Of a DNA stretch of 63,430 nucleotides, positions 16,944 through 26,663 are shown piece after piece (position 1 is the first letter of the stretch; each line of letters begins with the position of its first letter). The stretch spans positions 14,085-77,514 of the forward strand of contig CAZOLO010000003.1 of assembly GCA_964581035.1 (NCBI GenBank). Direction: 5' to 3'. Position numbers and translations under genes: made by a program. The notes under the pieces are model-generated. The model did no database searches, was not told where the DNA came from, and saw only the letters and a list, made by a program, of their open reading frames with translations. Source of the stretch: an uncultured Candidatus Saccharibacteria bacterium (GTDB lineage Bacteria > Patescibacteriota > Minisyncoccia > Phycocordibacterales > CSBR16-119).

Positions 16944-17594
16944 CTAAACCTGGATTTTGATTTCTGTTTCGTAGATAATTTTAGGTATCTCTCTCAAGCT
17001 CTCAATTCTATGCTTGATGTCTTTACGGCCAACATGATTACCTCTAGGGTCATAAAGAGAAGCATTTACATATCCTGCCACAGGAATAATCTCCTTGGGT
17101 GCATCATCTATAAAAAGAATAGCTTTACCTGGAACTCTCTTTATTAGATCAATCTTAGGTGTACCCTTGAAATTTTGATTTCCAAGATGCACCCAAACAT
17201 AGTGCATGCCTTCAATATACTGAAGTATCTCATGCTTTCTCAATAACCACCTCATTGTTGGACCAGCATTAAATTCTCTAGCTGTCACAATATGATTATC
17301 AAAATCTTCTGAAAGCATTGGCAGTATATCTAGCAAACCATCAACCGGATCCATTTGATCATGCCATTCTCTAGAATTTAAAAATTCGGAAGCTAAGTCC
17401 TCGTATACCTCTCCTCGAGTAGGAACTGGTCCTTCTGGGCGATACTTGGCGATCACAGCATCTAAATATGGATGCTCTGAATAATCTTCAATAGTAGATT
17501 TAATGTCGTACTTTTGATTCATGTATAGAACAAGTAATTCTAAAGTCTTAAACATGGTCTCATCGAAATCCCAAAAAATATTTCCTCTGTACAT
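16944..17594 (-). CDS. 5'(3')-deoxyribonucleotidase-like HAD hydrolase
   Basis: Motif I DFDET and the C-terminal LFIDDAP motif resemble the NT5C-type deoxyribonucleotidase family. Confidence 0.65.
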   Translation of the reverse strand: MYRGNIFWDFDETMFKTLELLVLYMNQKYDIKSTIEDYSEHPYLDAVIAKYRPEGPVPTRGEVYEDLASEFLNSREWHDQMDPVDGLLDILPMLSEDFDNHIVTAREFNAGPTMRWLLRKHEILQYIEGMHYVWVHLGNQNFKGTPKIDLIKRVPGKAILFIDDAPKEIIPVAGYVNASLYDPRGNHVGRKDIKHRIESLREIPKIIYETEIKIQV

Positions 17595-17706
17595 TTTCTA
17601 TCTATTTTTAGTTGTGTGTTTGAGCTCAAATTACACTGAAGAACCAAGTAAGTCAACCTCTATTTTTTTTGATATAATGTAAGTATTATTATAATAAATA
17701 AATAAA

Positions 17707-17895
17707 ATGACAAACAACAACCTACACAACTTGATGACTCAAATGACTCAAGAGCAAAAATCACTTTGGCGAATTGAAAAGCATTACATAGAGGAAGCTG
17801 TATCAGAAGAAGAAAAAGCTCTTTGGGAGAAAATGAAAGAAGATAAGAAAAAACATATTGAAGATTTCAAGAAACTTATAAAAGAGAATATCTAG
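17707..17895 (+). CDS. small charged hypothetical protein (62 aa)
   Basis: ORF followed by an intrinsic terminator. Lys/Glu-rich. Confidence 0.35.
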   Translation: MTNNNLHNLMTQMTQEQKSLWRIEKHYIEEAVSEEEKALWEKMKEDKKKHIEDFKKLIKENI

Positions 17896-17896
17896 C

Positions 17897-17930
17897 AAAA
17901 AAAAAGAGCCTTCGGAGGCTCTTTTTTTTG
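17897..17930. terminator. bidirectional terminator (AGAGCCTTCGGAGGCTCT)
   Basis: A-run, hairpin, T-run. Confidence 0.6.
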
Positions 17931-17955
17931 CTATTACATAATACTTTTAAAGAAA

Positions 17956-19092
17956 TTAAATCTTTTTTTCAATTTTATCTCGTAGATGATTATAGAACAT
18001 GGTTCGGCTTACTGAATTTGATTCTTCATCATATTTTTTAGCTAGCTCAGCAGATGTTTTTAAAAGAAAATCTTCTTTCATTGCATTTCTCTGATTATGT
18101 AAATCATCCACTTGTTTCTGACGATTTCTCAGATCTATATTAGTAGGATGGCTATAGTATTGCCGACCTATCTCTCTTAAGGCTATATTATCCTCCTGAC
18201 TAAATCTCTCACTTGAACCTGAAACCCGATCAATTGTCACAATATCAGACAAACCATTTCTAAAATCACTCGCTCTCAATTCATCGCTTTTACCATAATA
18301 TTTATTAACAATATCCAAACGTCTTTGAAGAATTTTCTGCAAATCTCGCTTATACAATTCTTGAATCTGGGGATCATTTACAATATTTTCAGCTTCTTGA
18401 TTTAGTTTATCGATCTCAGCTTTAATATTAGAGACTTCTTCTAACACATCTTTATCACCCTCAAAAGCTTCACGAACCAAGGGTTCTTTTAATCTTGAAT
18501 CAAGACTATAAGCACTTCTTGCAGCTTCAATACGTTCGTTATTAATATCATCAATTTCCTTTCTTAATGGGTCATCTTCAGCAACCACCCCATTAGACTC
18601 TCTGTCTGCCAATTCATAATGTTTTTGATTTAATTTATCTTGTATAGACTTTAACCTAGCCTGCTCTACGGAAACCTCAGCTTGGGCTTCTGCAAACCTT
18701 TGAGTAATATCGCCTGGTTTTTCTATTGAATCTTTATCGCCATCAGGCAACAAATCATTCATACTAGATACCCCTCTCTCAATAATAAGATCCTTCTCAG
18801 CCTCAATCTCAGAAAGTTGGTCAGCTATATCTTCTGGAGAGCCACCTTGTTTTATCATTTCATTTTTTTGATAATCTGGTATTTCAGCGGCCATCTCACC
18901 ACTTTTATCAAGAGAATTAACACTTTCCTTTATTAAATCCTGTAGAGCCATCTCAACATCATTATGAAGACTCTCCATACCTGGTTGACCTTCAGAAAGC
19001 TCAGAGAGTTCTTTTAAAGAATCAATGTCTCCGATTTCTTTCAATTCCTGAATCTGCTTTTGCTCCTCTGTTTGCTCAATATTTTCTTTCAT
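17956..19092 (-). CDS. acidic coiled-coil hypothetical protein
   Basis: 378 aa, Glu/Asp/Lys-rich with heptad-like segments. No enzymatic motifs. Confidence 0.5.
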   Translation of the reverse strand: MKENIEQTEEQKQIQELKEIGDIDSLKELSELSEGQPGMESLHNDVEMALQDLIKESVNSLDKSGEMAAEIPDYQKNEMIKQGGSPEDIADQLSEIEAEKDLIIERGVSSMNDLLPDGDKDSIEKPGDITQRFAEAQAEVSVEQARLKSIQDKLNQKHYELADRESNGVVAEDDPLRKEIDDINNERIEAARSAYSLDSRLKEPLVREAFEGDKDVLEEVSNIKAEIDKLNQEAENIVNDPQIQELYKRDLQKILQRRLDIVNKYYGKSDELRASDFRNGLSDIVTIDRVSGSSERFSQEDNIALREIGRQYYSHPTNIDLRNRQKQVDDLHNQRNAMKEDFLLKTSAELAKKYDEESNSVSRTMFYNHLRDKIEKKI

Positions 19093-19094
19093 AA

Positions 19095-19262
19095 TTAAAT
19101 ACTAGACTGAATATCCTTTCTCAGATCTTCAATCTTTTTTTCTCTTAATTTAGCAATATAGTTTGAAACAATGGCGTCTTTTTTAGCGCGAAGCTTTGAA
19201 AGCTTAGCCAGGGTCTCTTCTTCTATTTTTTTAATTTCTTTTGAAACATCCTCTTTATCCAT
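19095..19262 (-). CDS. small coiled-coil protein (55 aa: MDKEDVSKEIKKIEEETLAKLSKLRAKKDAIVSNYIAKLREKKIEDLRKDIQSSI), translationally coupled to the downstream gene
   Basis: Found by hand translation. Its stop lies 3 nt before the ATG of the 17956..19092 gene. TATAAT sits 6 nt upstream of its ATG. Confidence 0.35.
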   Translation of the reverse strand: MDKEDVSKEIKKIEEETLAKLSKLRAKKDAIVSNYIAKLREKKIEDLRKDIQSSI

Positions 19263-19284
19263 ACCTTAATTATATCACCAATTT

Positions 19285-19317
19285 AAAAAGACCGTGCGGT
19301 AACACGGCCTTTTTTTA
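19285..19317. terminator. bidirectional terminator downstream of gyrB
   Basis: AAAAAGACCGTGCGGTAACACGGCCTTTTTTT. Confidence 0.6.
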
Positions 19318-19331
19318 ATTTCACTTGCATA

Positions 19332-21428
19332 TTAAACATCAACCTCAGCTAGCTTTGCGTTTGAAGTAATGAATAGTTTTCGTGGTGGAACCTCACTTCC
19401 CATAAGAGTATCAAATGTTCTGTCAGCTTCTTGAGCATCATCGATATTTATCTGCTTTAGAACTCGATTCTTTGGATCCATGGTTGTCTCCCAAAGCTCT
19501 TCTGGGTTCATTTCCCCGAGACCCTTGTATCGTTGAATCTTGAACTTCTTGGCTTTAGTAGAACCCTTAGCTGCCTTTGCGTCAGCATCTTCCTCAGATA
19601 CTTCATCGTCACTATTACCATCCTCTCCTTCTTCCACGTCAGCATCTCCAACAATGGCGAATTTTTCTTCATCTGTGTAAGCATATTGAACGACCTTCCC
19701 TTGAGTAATTTTATAAAGTGGTGGCTGAGCAATGTACAGGAATCCAGCTTCAACAACAGGCTTAAAGTATCGATAGAACAAAGTCAGGAGCAGTGTAGCG
19801 ATGTGGGCACCGTCAACGTCGGCGTCAGTCGCAATTATTATTTTCTTGTATCTAATTGCATCTAAGTTGAATGTCTCACCAATAGCGGTCCCCATAGCGA
19901 TCACAAGTGCCTTTACTTCTTTTGAAGCAAGCATCTTATCTAGTCGCGCCCGCTCTACATTCAAAATCTTTCCTCGAAGAGGTAAAATAGCCTGAGTAGC
20001 TCGGTCTCTACCCTGCTTAGCAGAACCTCCAGCAGAGTCTCCCTCTACAATGAATATCTCTGAATCATTTGGATCTTTAGACTGACAGTCTGCCAGCTTT
20101 CCAGGTAGAGTTAGACCCTCTAAAGCCCCCTTTCTGAGAACTGAGTCCTTGGCGGCTTTAGCTGCTTTTCTAGCCCGAAGAGCCAAAACAGCCTTATTTA
20201 TGATTTGTCTTCCCTCATCTGGATTCTCCTCTAGGAAATCACCAAAAGCTTCTGCAAAGACTGTCTCCGTAGCACCACGAGCCTCTGTAGAACCAAGCTT
20301 TCCTTTTGTTTGACCTTCAAATTGAATCTCCTCAAGTTTTACAGAAATTACAGCTGTGATTCCTTCAAGTAAGTCTTCACCAGAAAATGCTCCATCTTTT
20401 TCAGAAACTAAATTGTTTTTCTTAGCGTAATTATTTATGGTCCGAGTCAAAGCAGTTTTGAATCCTGTTACATGCATCCCCCCATCGGCAGTGTAGATAT
20501 TGTTTGCAAAAGGAACAAGTCTTGAAGAAATATCATCCACATACTGAAGAGCTATTTCTACACCAACACCGTCATTTTCTTTTTCTATATGGAAAATTGT
20601 CTTGTGAACGGCTTTTTGTCCTTGGTTGTAAAATGCAACAAGAGACCTTAGCCCCCCTTCGAAATAGTACGTCTGAGATGGGGCTTCTAAGCCAAGATCT
20701 CTGAACCAGAAAATGTCATCTGATTTTTTCGAAACAGGTAATCCTGTTTTTTCCGTTATCTCTCTAGCATCAATAACTCGAACCCTAAGCTCTCGCACTA
20801 AGTATGCCTGTTGTCTAAGTCTATTTATTATAGTTTTAAAATTATAAATAATAGTCTCTGTAAAAATAGAAGCATCTGGCTTGAAGGTAATGATTGTTCC
20901 GTTATTCTTTGTTTTACCAACCTTTTTAACATCTCCCTTTTTCTTTCCTATTTCATATTCTTGAACATGAACTTCTCCATCTCTATGAACTTCAGCCTTT
21001 GTATATGTAGAAAGCGCATTAACAACAGATGCTCCTACTCCATGAAGTCCACCAGATACCTTATATCCAGATCCTCCAAATTTTCCTCCAGCATGGAGTG
21101 TTGTCATAATTGTATCGAGAGCAGAGACTTTTGTTTTAGGGTGCTTGTCAACTGGAATACCTCGCCCGTTGTCCGCGACACGAATCATATTGTCGGGAAG
21201 AATAACAACCTCAATCTCATCACAGTGCCCAGCCATGGCTTCGTCTCTAGAGTTATCAAAAATCTCCCACACTAAGTGATGAAGACCGATAGTTCCAGTA
21301 GAACCAATATACATACCCGGTCTCTTTCGTACAGGTTCAAGACCCTCAAGAACTGAGATATCTGCTGCACTATATCCTTTTGTGTCTACTTTTTTTGCAG
21401 ACTTTTTTATTGATTCTTTCTTTGACAT
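19332..21428 (-). CDS. gyrB: DNA gyrase subunit B
   Basis: GHKL ATPase N-terminus (RKRPGMYIGSTG), TOPRIM region (EGDSAGG) and a C-terminal tail. 698 aa. Confidence 0.9.
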   Translation of the reverse strand: MSKKESIKKSAKKVDTKGYSAADISVLEGLEPVRKRPGMYIGSTGTIGLHHLVWEIFDNSRDEAMAGHCDEIEVVILPDNMIRVADNGRGIPVDKHPKTKVSALDTIMTTLHAGGKFGGSGYKVSGGLHGVGASVVNALSTYTKAEVHRDGEVHVQEYEIGKKKGDVKKVGKTKNNGTIITFKPDASIFTETIIYNFKTIINRLRQQAYLVRELRVRVIDAREITEKTGLPVSKKSDDIFWFRDLGLEAPSQTYYFEGGLRSLVAFYNQGQKAVHKTIFHIEKENDGVGVEIALQYVDDISSRLVPFANNIYTADGGMHVTGFKTALTRTINNYAKKNNLVSEKDGAFSGEDLLEGITAVISVKLEEIQFEGQTKGKLGSTEARGATETVFAEAFGDFLEENPDEGRQIINKAVLALRARKAAKAAKDSVLRKGALEGLTLPGKLADCQSKDPNDSEIFIVEGDSAGGSAKQGRDRATQAILPLRGKILNVERARLDKMLASKEVKALVIAMGTAIGETFNLDAIRYKKIIIATDADVDGAHIATLLLTLFYRYFKPVVEAGFLYIAQPPLYKITQGKVVQYAYTDEEKFAIVGDADVEEGEDGNSDDEVSEEDADAKAAKGSTKAKKFKIQRYKGLGEMNPEELWETTMDPKNRVLKQINIDDAQEADRTFDTLMGSEVPPRKLFITSNAKLAEVDV

Positions 21429-21515
21429 ATGTTGAAATTATGGGAATTATTACTGTTTAAGTCACTAAATTATAGCATATTTAGGTTTAAAATCCCAACC
21501 ATTATTAGACTAATA

Positions 21516-21554
21516 ACCATCAAAAAAGCCTTACTCTGTAAGGCTTTTTTGATG
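21516..21554. terminator. long palindromic bidirectional terminator
   Basis: CCATCAAAAAAGCCTTAC-tctg-TAAGGCTTTTTTGATGG. Confidence 0.6.
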
Positions 21555-21562
21555 GTTATTTA

Positions 21563-22519
21563 TTATATATGAGTTTGAATAACTTCCTGCAGAGGTGTCC
21601 CATTTACACGAACGTCAACACTTTGAACTGTCGAAAATTGAGTTAATGTATTATACAACGAAGAAATAGCAGATGCTGTTCCACAAGAACCTCCTGTAGC
21701 AAAGAAATTCTCATCCACGTCAACATACGCAACCCCGCCGCTTATAGATAGAGAATTAATATTAGAGCTTGAGGGGATACTTGTTCGAAACCCATTTGCG
21801 TACTCTAAAGGAGTTGGCCCTATAATCAACTGATTAAGAGCGGCCATCCCCACAGACTGAGTATAAGGAACAACTCTTTCAGACGGAAATGAATCTTGGC
21901 AATTTACTAAATTCGGGTCATTTGAAATATTGTTATAATAAACATTAATGGTCATTGATTCCCCGGTTTGAGACAAATTTATTGGAACATATACCACTTG
22001 AGGAACATAAGGAGTTCCGTCTTCCCCCAAATCACCTCTTTCTGTAATAACTAAATGGGCTGGACCAGAAACACCTCCACTTATAGATGGAATAGAAGCA
22101 CTAAAGCTTGCTGGATATTCAGACTCCGTATAGTAGCCCCCCGTCATCCGAACAAGTCGATCTGTTGGCTGCCCACCAGAAACCAGAACTTGCCCACCCT
22201 GCTCTATGTGAGCAAAACCAGCTTCACCTTCAAAAATCCCCCAACACCCATAATCAATAGTCCCAGTAATCTCTAGAGGAAAACTTACAACAGACCCAGC
22301 AACTGGGCTATTTACAGTTAGGCAGGACTCTTCAGAGGTTCCTACGACAACATCTTGAGAAGAGCCATTTTCACTATTCTCTATAATATCAATCTCAGAT
22401 CCGTCGCCAACTGGGCTATTAAAAACATTTTGGTAAACCACCACCCCACCTAAAGCAAGCACAGCGACAATTATTCCAATTAATATCATTCCAAATCCTT
22501 TTGTATTTCTTATATTCAT
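21563..22519 (-). CDS. membrane-anchored protein with a Gmad2 Ig-like domain and a GerMN domain
   Basis: N-terminal TM helix. The C-terminal region (AYVDVDENFFATGGSCGTASAISSLYNTLTQFSTVQSVDVRVNGTPL) resembles GerMN. Confidence 0.55.
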   Translation of the reverse strand: MNIRNTKGFGMILIGIIVAVLALGGVVVYQNVFNSPVGDGSEIDIIENSENGSSQDVVVGTSEESCLTVNSPVAGSVVSFPLEITGTIDYGCWGIFEGEAGFAHIEQGGQVLVSGGQPTDRLVRMTGGYYTESEYPASFSASIPSISGGVSGPAHLVITERGDLGEDGTPYVPQVVYVPINLSQTGESMTINVYYNNISNDPNLVNCQDSFPSERVVPYTQSVGMAALNQLIIGPTPLEYANGFRTSIPSSSNINSLSISGGVAYVDVDENFFATGGSCGTASAISSLYNTLTQFSTVQSVDVRVNGTPLQEVIQTHI

Positions 22520-22596
22520 TAATTATTTTTAATTATCTTGTAATGTTATTTAAGACGTATTAATCATAGCATCCTTACACTTAAAAAAGCCCATAA

Positions 22597-23004
22597 TTAG
22601 GACTTCTTTAGGTTTCGAATCATCTCCTTTATCTCTTCTAGATCCTCCTGCATATCCCGTATTTCATGCTCAGCTTTTCTATTTACTGAGTAATCATACT
22701 CAGCCATAGATCGGTCACGATCTGCTTGTCTATTTTGACTCATTAGAATAATTGGAGCTTGAATGGCTGCTAGACAGGACAAGGCTAAATTAAGAAATAT
22801 AAAAGGGTATGGATCCCATGACCCAATCCAAGCAAAAACGTTTAAAATAATCCATCCAGTCAAAAATAAAAAGAAAATTATTATAAATGACCAACTTCCC
22901 ATCATAGAAGCCAATCGATCAGCCGCTCTCTGAGAAAAGGTTAATTTCTTTCTAGGTCGGAAATCCTGTGGTTGATATTCTTTTTTTCCTTTAATTTCTT
23001 CCAT
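22597..23004 (-). CDS. DUF1003-family membrane protein
   Basis: Motifs WDPYPFIFLNLALSCLAAIQAPIILMSQNRQADRD match DUF1003. Confidence 0.7.
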   Translation of the reverse strand: MEEIKGKKEYQPQDFRPRKKLTFSQRAADRLASMMGSWSFIIIFFLFLTGWIILNVFAWIGSWDPYPFIFLNLALSCLAAIQAPIILMSQNRQADRDRSMAEYDYSVNRKAEHEIRDMQEDLEEIKEMIRNLKKS

Positions 23005-23030
23005 TGTTTTTATTATACTATCTTTTCAGA

Positions 23031-24947
23031 TTATCGAAGCTCCCAATCTCCTTTTGAGTTAATCTCTTCATATACCGGACCCATAACAGCATTTATTTCT
23101 TCATCTGTTAGGGTTCGGTCGTCTGCTTGAAATACTAGTCTATATAGGTAAGATACCCTTCCCTCTTTTTCAAATTCATCGATCATTCTAGGTTCTCGAA
23201 CAGAGAGCTCTAAGCCACTTAGAATTTCTTCAAGCTCAGGTTTTGAATCCCTGCTTGGAAGCCACACAGAGACATCTCGGCTTATGCTTGGTTGAAGTGA
23301 GAAGTTCTTAAACACAAAAGCTTTACCAGATTCACTAAATGAATAATCATCTATAGGCTCTGGCAAATCTTCTACAAGTTTTGAAAGATTAAATTCAATC
23401 ACTCCAGAATCATCTACTTCAGAAAGTGATTGGTGTTTTGTAATATCAACACCCATTTTTTCACTGAGAAGACCAAGAGTTTTCTCCAGTCTTTCTACTG
23501 CATCTTTTTTGGTCTTCTTATTTCCATGAACGATGTCTGTCAGACCAAGCCCTAGAGCAACGTATTCACCACACTCTATAAAGACTGTTCCTATCTCAAA
23601 TATATTTATCTCCTCTACGCCTAATAAGTCTCGATTGTTTACATTTTTCTCGATTGATTCTTTCATTCCTCGATGCAAACTTGGGCGTAGATACCCTTTG
23701 TCAGAAGCGATAGCGTTTAAGGTTTTAACTTCGCCCTTGTCCCAGAAATTGTATGTATAAACTTCAAAGAAGCCTTGCTCAACAAGGAGCTGTCTAATTA
23801 CTCCACTGTAATAAAATATTTTGTTTAATGCTGGATTATAAAATCCTTCTGGAAGTGTTGCAGGAATATTTTCAAATCCGTACATTCGAGCCACTTCCTC
23901 AATCAAATCCTGCTTGATCCGAATATCCATTCGGAAATCTGGCACAGATACAGTGAACACTTCTCCGTCTTCTGTATGAGGAAGCTCGAGTGAGTCAAAA
24001 ATCTCTGAGACTTTTTCTTTTGAAATCTCTACTCCAACCACAGAATTGATATCCTCTAGTGACACAGACACCTCAGCCTTCTCTTCTTTGTTTGGATATA
24101 TATCCACCACAGGACCAATTTTTGCATCAGGACAAAGTTCTACAATCAAATCTGTCACCCGCTCCATAGCCTCTAATGCAAGCTCACAAGTAGGTTTATT
24201 TTCAAATCGCTTGGATGAATCTGTCTGAATTCCAACTCTCCGTGAAGTCTGTCGTGTAGAAAGCGGATTGAAGTTTGCAGACTCTAAAACAATATTTACT
24301 GTACCTGCATCCACCTCAGCCTTTTTCCCGCCCTTAATCCCTGCGACAGCAAGAGGTGACTCTTCGTCAGCAATTACCAAATCATCATTTGTGAGGGATT
24401 TTTCTTCTCCTGTGAGGGTTACGATTTCTTCTCCCTCATGTGCATTTCGCACCACAATTCCACCTGAGAGCTTGTCCATATCAAATGCATGTAAGGGTTG
24501 CCCCAAATCAAACATCACATAGTTTGTAGAATCGACTACGTTGTTTATGCTTTTCTGCCCTATAGCCACGAGCTGATCCTTTAACCAGTTGGGAGTCTCT
24601 GAAATCTTCACACCTCGAATCACTCGAGAAATATACCTCCGGCATTTTTCTACATCTTGTACATCTACATCCACAACATCAGAAACCTTTTCTACATCCC
24701 GCCGTCGATATCGATCGGTCTTGAGAGATTCTCCGAGTACAGCACTAAGCTCTCGAGCGATTCCACGGTGAGAAAGTGCATCATGAGCCCTGTTTGGCAA
24801 GACATCAAAATCAAGCACTGAATCTCCGTTTACCACTTCTATCCCCTCTGGCTCAAATGAGCGCACAGACAAAATCTCCTCCACCCTCTCTGGTGTAGGA
24901 ATTTCTGCATCAAAATATGATTGTAGCCAGTTGTATGATATTTTCAT
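23031..24947 (-). CDS. pheT: phenylalanine--tRNA ligase beta subunit (short form)
   Basis: B3/B4, B5 and catalytic-like domains. It is immediately downstream of pheS. 638 aa. Confidence 0.85.
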   Translation of the reverse strand: MKISYNWLQSYFDAEIPTPERVEEILSVRSFEPEGIEVVNGDSVLDFDVLPNRAHDALSHRGIARELSAVLGESLKTDRYRRRDVEKVSDVVDVDVQDVEKCRRYISRVIRGVKISETPNWLKDQLVAIGQKSINNVVDSTNYVMFDLGQPLHAFDMDKLSGGIVVRNAHEGEEIVTLTGEEKSLTNDDLVIADEESPLAVAGIKGGKKAEVDAGTVNIVLESANFNPLSTRQTSRRVGIQTDSSKRFENKPTCELALEAMERVTDLIVELCPDAKIGPVVDIYPNKEEKAEVSVSLEDINSVVGVEISKEKVSEIFDSLELPHTEDGEVFTVSVPDFRMDIRIKQDLIEEVARMYGFENIPATLPEGFYNPALNKIFYYSGVIRQLLVEQGFFEVYTYNFWDKGEVKTLNAIASDKGYLRPSLHRGMKESIEKNVNNRDLLGVEEINIFEIGTVFIECGEYVALGLGLTDIVHGNKKTKKDAVERLEKTLGLLSEKMGVDITKHQSLSEVDDSGVIEFNLSKLVEDLPEPIDDYSFSESGKAFVFKNFSLQPSISRDVSVWLPSRDSKPELEEILSGLELSVREPRMIDEFEKEGRVSYLYRLVFQADDRTLTDEEINAVMGPVYEEINSKGDWELR

Positions 24948-24949
24948 GA

Positions 24950-25654
24950 TTAAAATTGCTCAACAACTCTTAGGTCTCCGTTATAAAACATACGCACATC
25001 TGGCACGTTGTACTTCATCATGACCATTCGGTCGACCCCAATCCCAAATGCAAATCCCTGATACTTCTCAGGGTCAATCCCCACAGCATTGAGTACTTCT
25101 GGATGAACCATTCCAGCTCCGAGAACCTCGAGCCATTTACCATTGAATTTTAAATCTACCTCCACGCCAGGTTCAACAAAGGGAAAGTATCCCGGCCGTA
25201 GTCTGATCTCAACATCACCCCCAAAGAATTTTTTAAAGAATTCTAAAAGCACCCCCTTGAGATTTGCCAGAGAAATATTTTCTCCAACCATAAGCCCTTC
25301 TATCTGATGAAACTGAATCTCATGAGTAGAATCTGTGGCTTCGTTTCGAAATACTTTTCCTGGAGCAATTACAGCAAGCGGTGGTTTATTACCGTCCTTT
25401 ATAAATTTCTCCATGTATCTGATTTGCACGCTAGATGTGTGTGTACGCATAACCACCTCCTCATCATCTGACTTCTTTATAAAAAGAGTGTCCTGCATAT
25501 CACGTGCAGGGTGATCCTTAGGCACATTTAGTGCATCGAAGTTGTGCCATCCATCCTCCATTTCTGGACCTGTGGCAACAGAAAAACCAAGACTTTCAAA
25601 TATCTTAACTGCGTCTTGCATGACCACTGTAAGTGGGTGTAAGTGTCCTTTCAT
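24950..25654 (-). CDS. pheS: phenylalanine--tRNA ligase alpha subunit (catalytic core only, 234 aa)
   Basis: Class II motifs 2 and 3 are present (FRNEATDSTHEIQFHQIEG; GAGMVHPEVL). It lacks the N-terminal extension of typical bacterial PheS. Confidence 0.85.
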   Translation of the reverse strand: MKGHLHPLTVVMQDAVKIFESLGFSVATGPEMEDGWHNFDALNVPKDHPARDMQDTLFIKKSDDEEVVMRTHTSSVQIRYMEKFIKDGNKPPLAVIAPGKVFRNEATDSTHEIQFHQIEGLMVGENISLANLKGVLLEFFKKFFGGDVEIRLRPGYFPFVEPGVEVDLKFNGKWLEVLGAGMVHPEVLNAVGIDPEKYQGFAFGIGVDRMVMMKYNVPDVRMFYNGDLRVVEQF

Positions 25655-25729
25655 AAGGATAATAATAGCTCAAAATCTTTATTAAATAAAGCAAATAAAA
25701 AAACACCCAAACTGGGTGTTCTCTGAGGT

Positions 25730-26122
25730 TTATATACCCTCTCTTTTTTCTGAAAGAAGATTTTTATGAAAATTTCCTTCTTCTCCACCTAAAAGAAATG
25801 TTACTCGAACAATCGCATATTCATCTAATTTCTCGATCCCCTTTCTTGGATCATAGACAGTCTCTTCGAAGACCACGTCTTCATTTAGAGCATAGATGAT
25901 TACCTTGAACTCATTCACCCCACACTGATCTTCGTGTGAGATCATTATGAATTCTTTACCACCTTCTTTGTACTCATAAACTGAGAAACATTCAGTATAA
26001 TACCCAAGGACGCTATTCGCATTTGCATACAACACAGCAACCGAAAGCATTGCAATCATCAAAATAACAATGGTTTTTTTAGAGAGTAACTTGTCATCAC
26101 TCCTGCTTACTTTTTTACTCAT
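25730..26122 (-). CDS. small membrane-anchored Cys-containing protein (paralog of 26202..26597)
   Basis: 130 aa. An N-terminal TM helix, then an extracytoplasmic region of about 90 aa with a CF-x-V-[FY]-E....C...E[FY]-x-V pattern shared with the neighbouring ORF. A minus-strand terminator follows at about 25690-25725. Confidence 0.5.
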   Translation of the reverse strand: MSKKVSRSDDKLLSKKTIVILMIAMLSVAVLYANANSVLGYYTECFSVYEYKEGGKEFIMISHEDQCGVNEFKVIIYALNEDVVFEETVYDPRKGIEKLDEYAIVRVTFLLGGEEGNFHKNLLSEKREGI

Positions 26123-26201
26123 TCACTTTTTTATTTGGTTTAAAGAACAACAGATGAAAGATGTTATCACACGAATAAAAAAATGCAATATAAAAGAGGG
26201 C

Positions 26202-26597
26202 TCAATATGAACCCTCTAAAATAACCTCTCCTGTCTCTTCATCCTTAATGAAAATCTTTGAACCTTTCTCAATGTAGAATATTGGACAAGGTGTGTCGCT
26301 TGTCAGAATACCACCAGATGCAATATTTCCATCTAGAGTGACAACAACTCTATATTCCCCGTAATCACAAGCATAGATAGTTAGCTCTGTTCCAGCTTTC
26401 TCAAAAACGAAGCAGCTGCTATCTAATCCTTGAGCCTTAGCACTACCCTGCCACACTACAGCGAAAGTAAGAATTAACATTACAACCAATATGACCCTTC
26501 CACACCAATCACCAATCTTTTGTTTAATTGTCTTTCCTTCCAAAATATTTGTTTTTTGATTTTCAAGAAATACTATCATAGACAATAATAAATACAA
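26202..26597 (-). CDS. small membrane-anchored Cys-containing protein (paralog of 25730..26122)
   Basis: 131 aa with the same architecture; shared pattern SSCFVFEKAGTELTIYACDYGEYRVVV. The start may be an internal Met. Confidence 0.5.
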   Translation of the reverse strand: MYLLLSMIVFLENQKTNILEGKTIKQKIGDWCGRVILVVMLILTFAVVWQGSAKAQGLDSSCFVFEKAGTELTIYACDYGEYRVVVTLDGNIASGGILTSDTPCPIFYIEKGSKIFIKDEETGEVILEGSY

Positions 26598-26663
26598 TCA
26601 ATATTTATTTATACTGTGAATAGCATTTATATTAAAAACCACTTTAAGAGTGGTTTTTAATAT

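Noticed and set aside
16677-17147. 156-aa plus-strand ORF.
   Set aside because: It spans an AT-rich intergenic region and runs antisense into the HAD nucleotidase gene, with no protein-like features.
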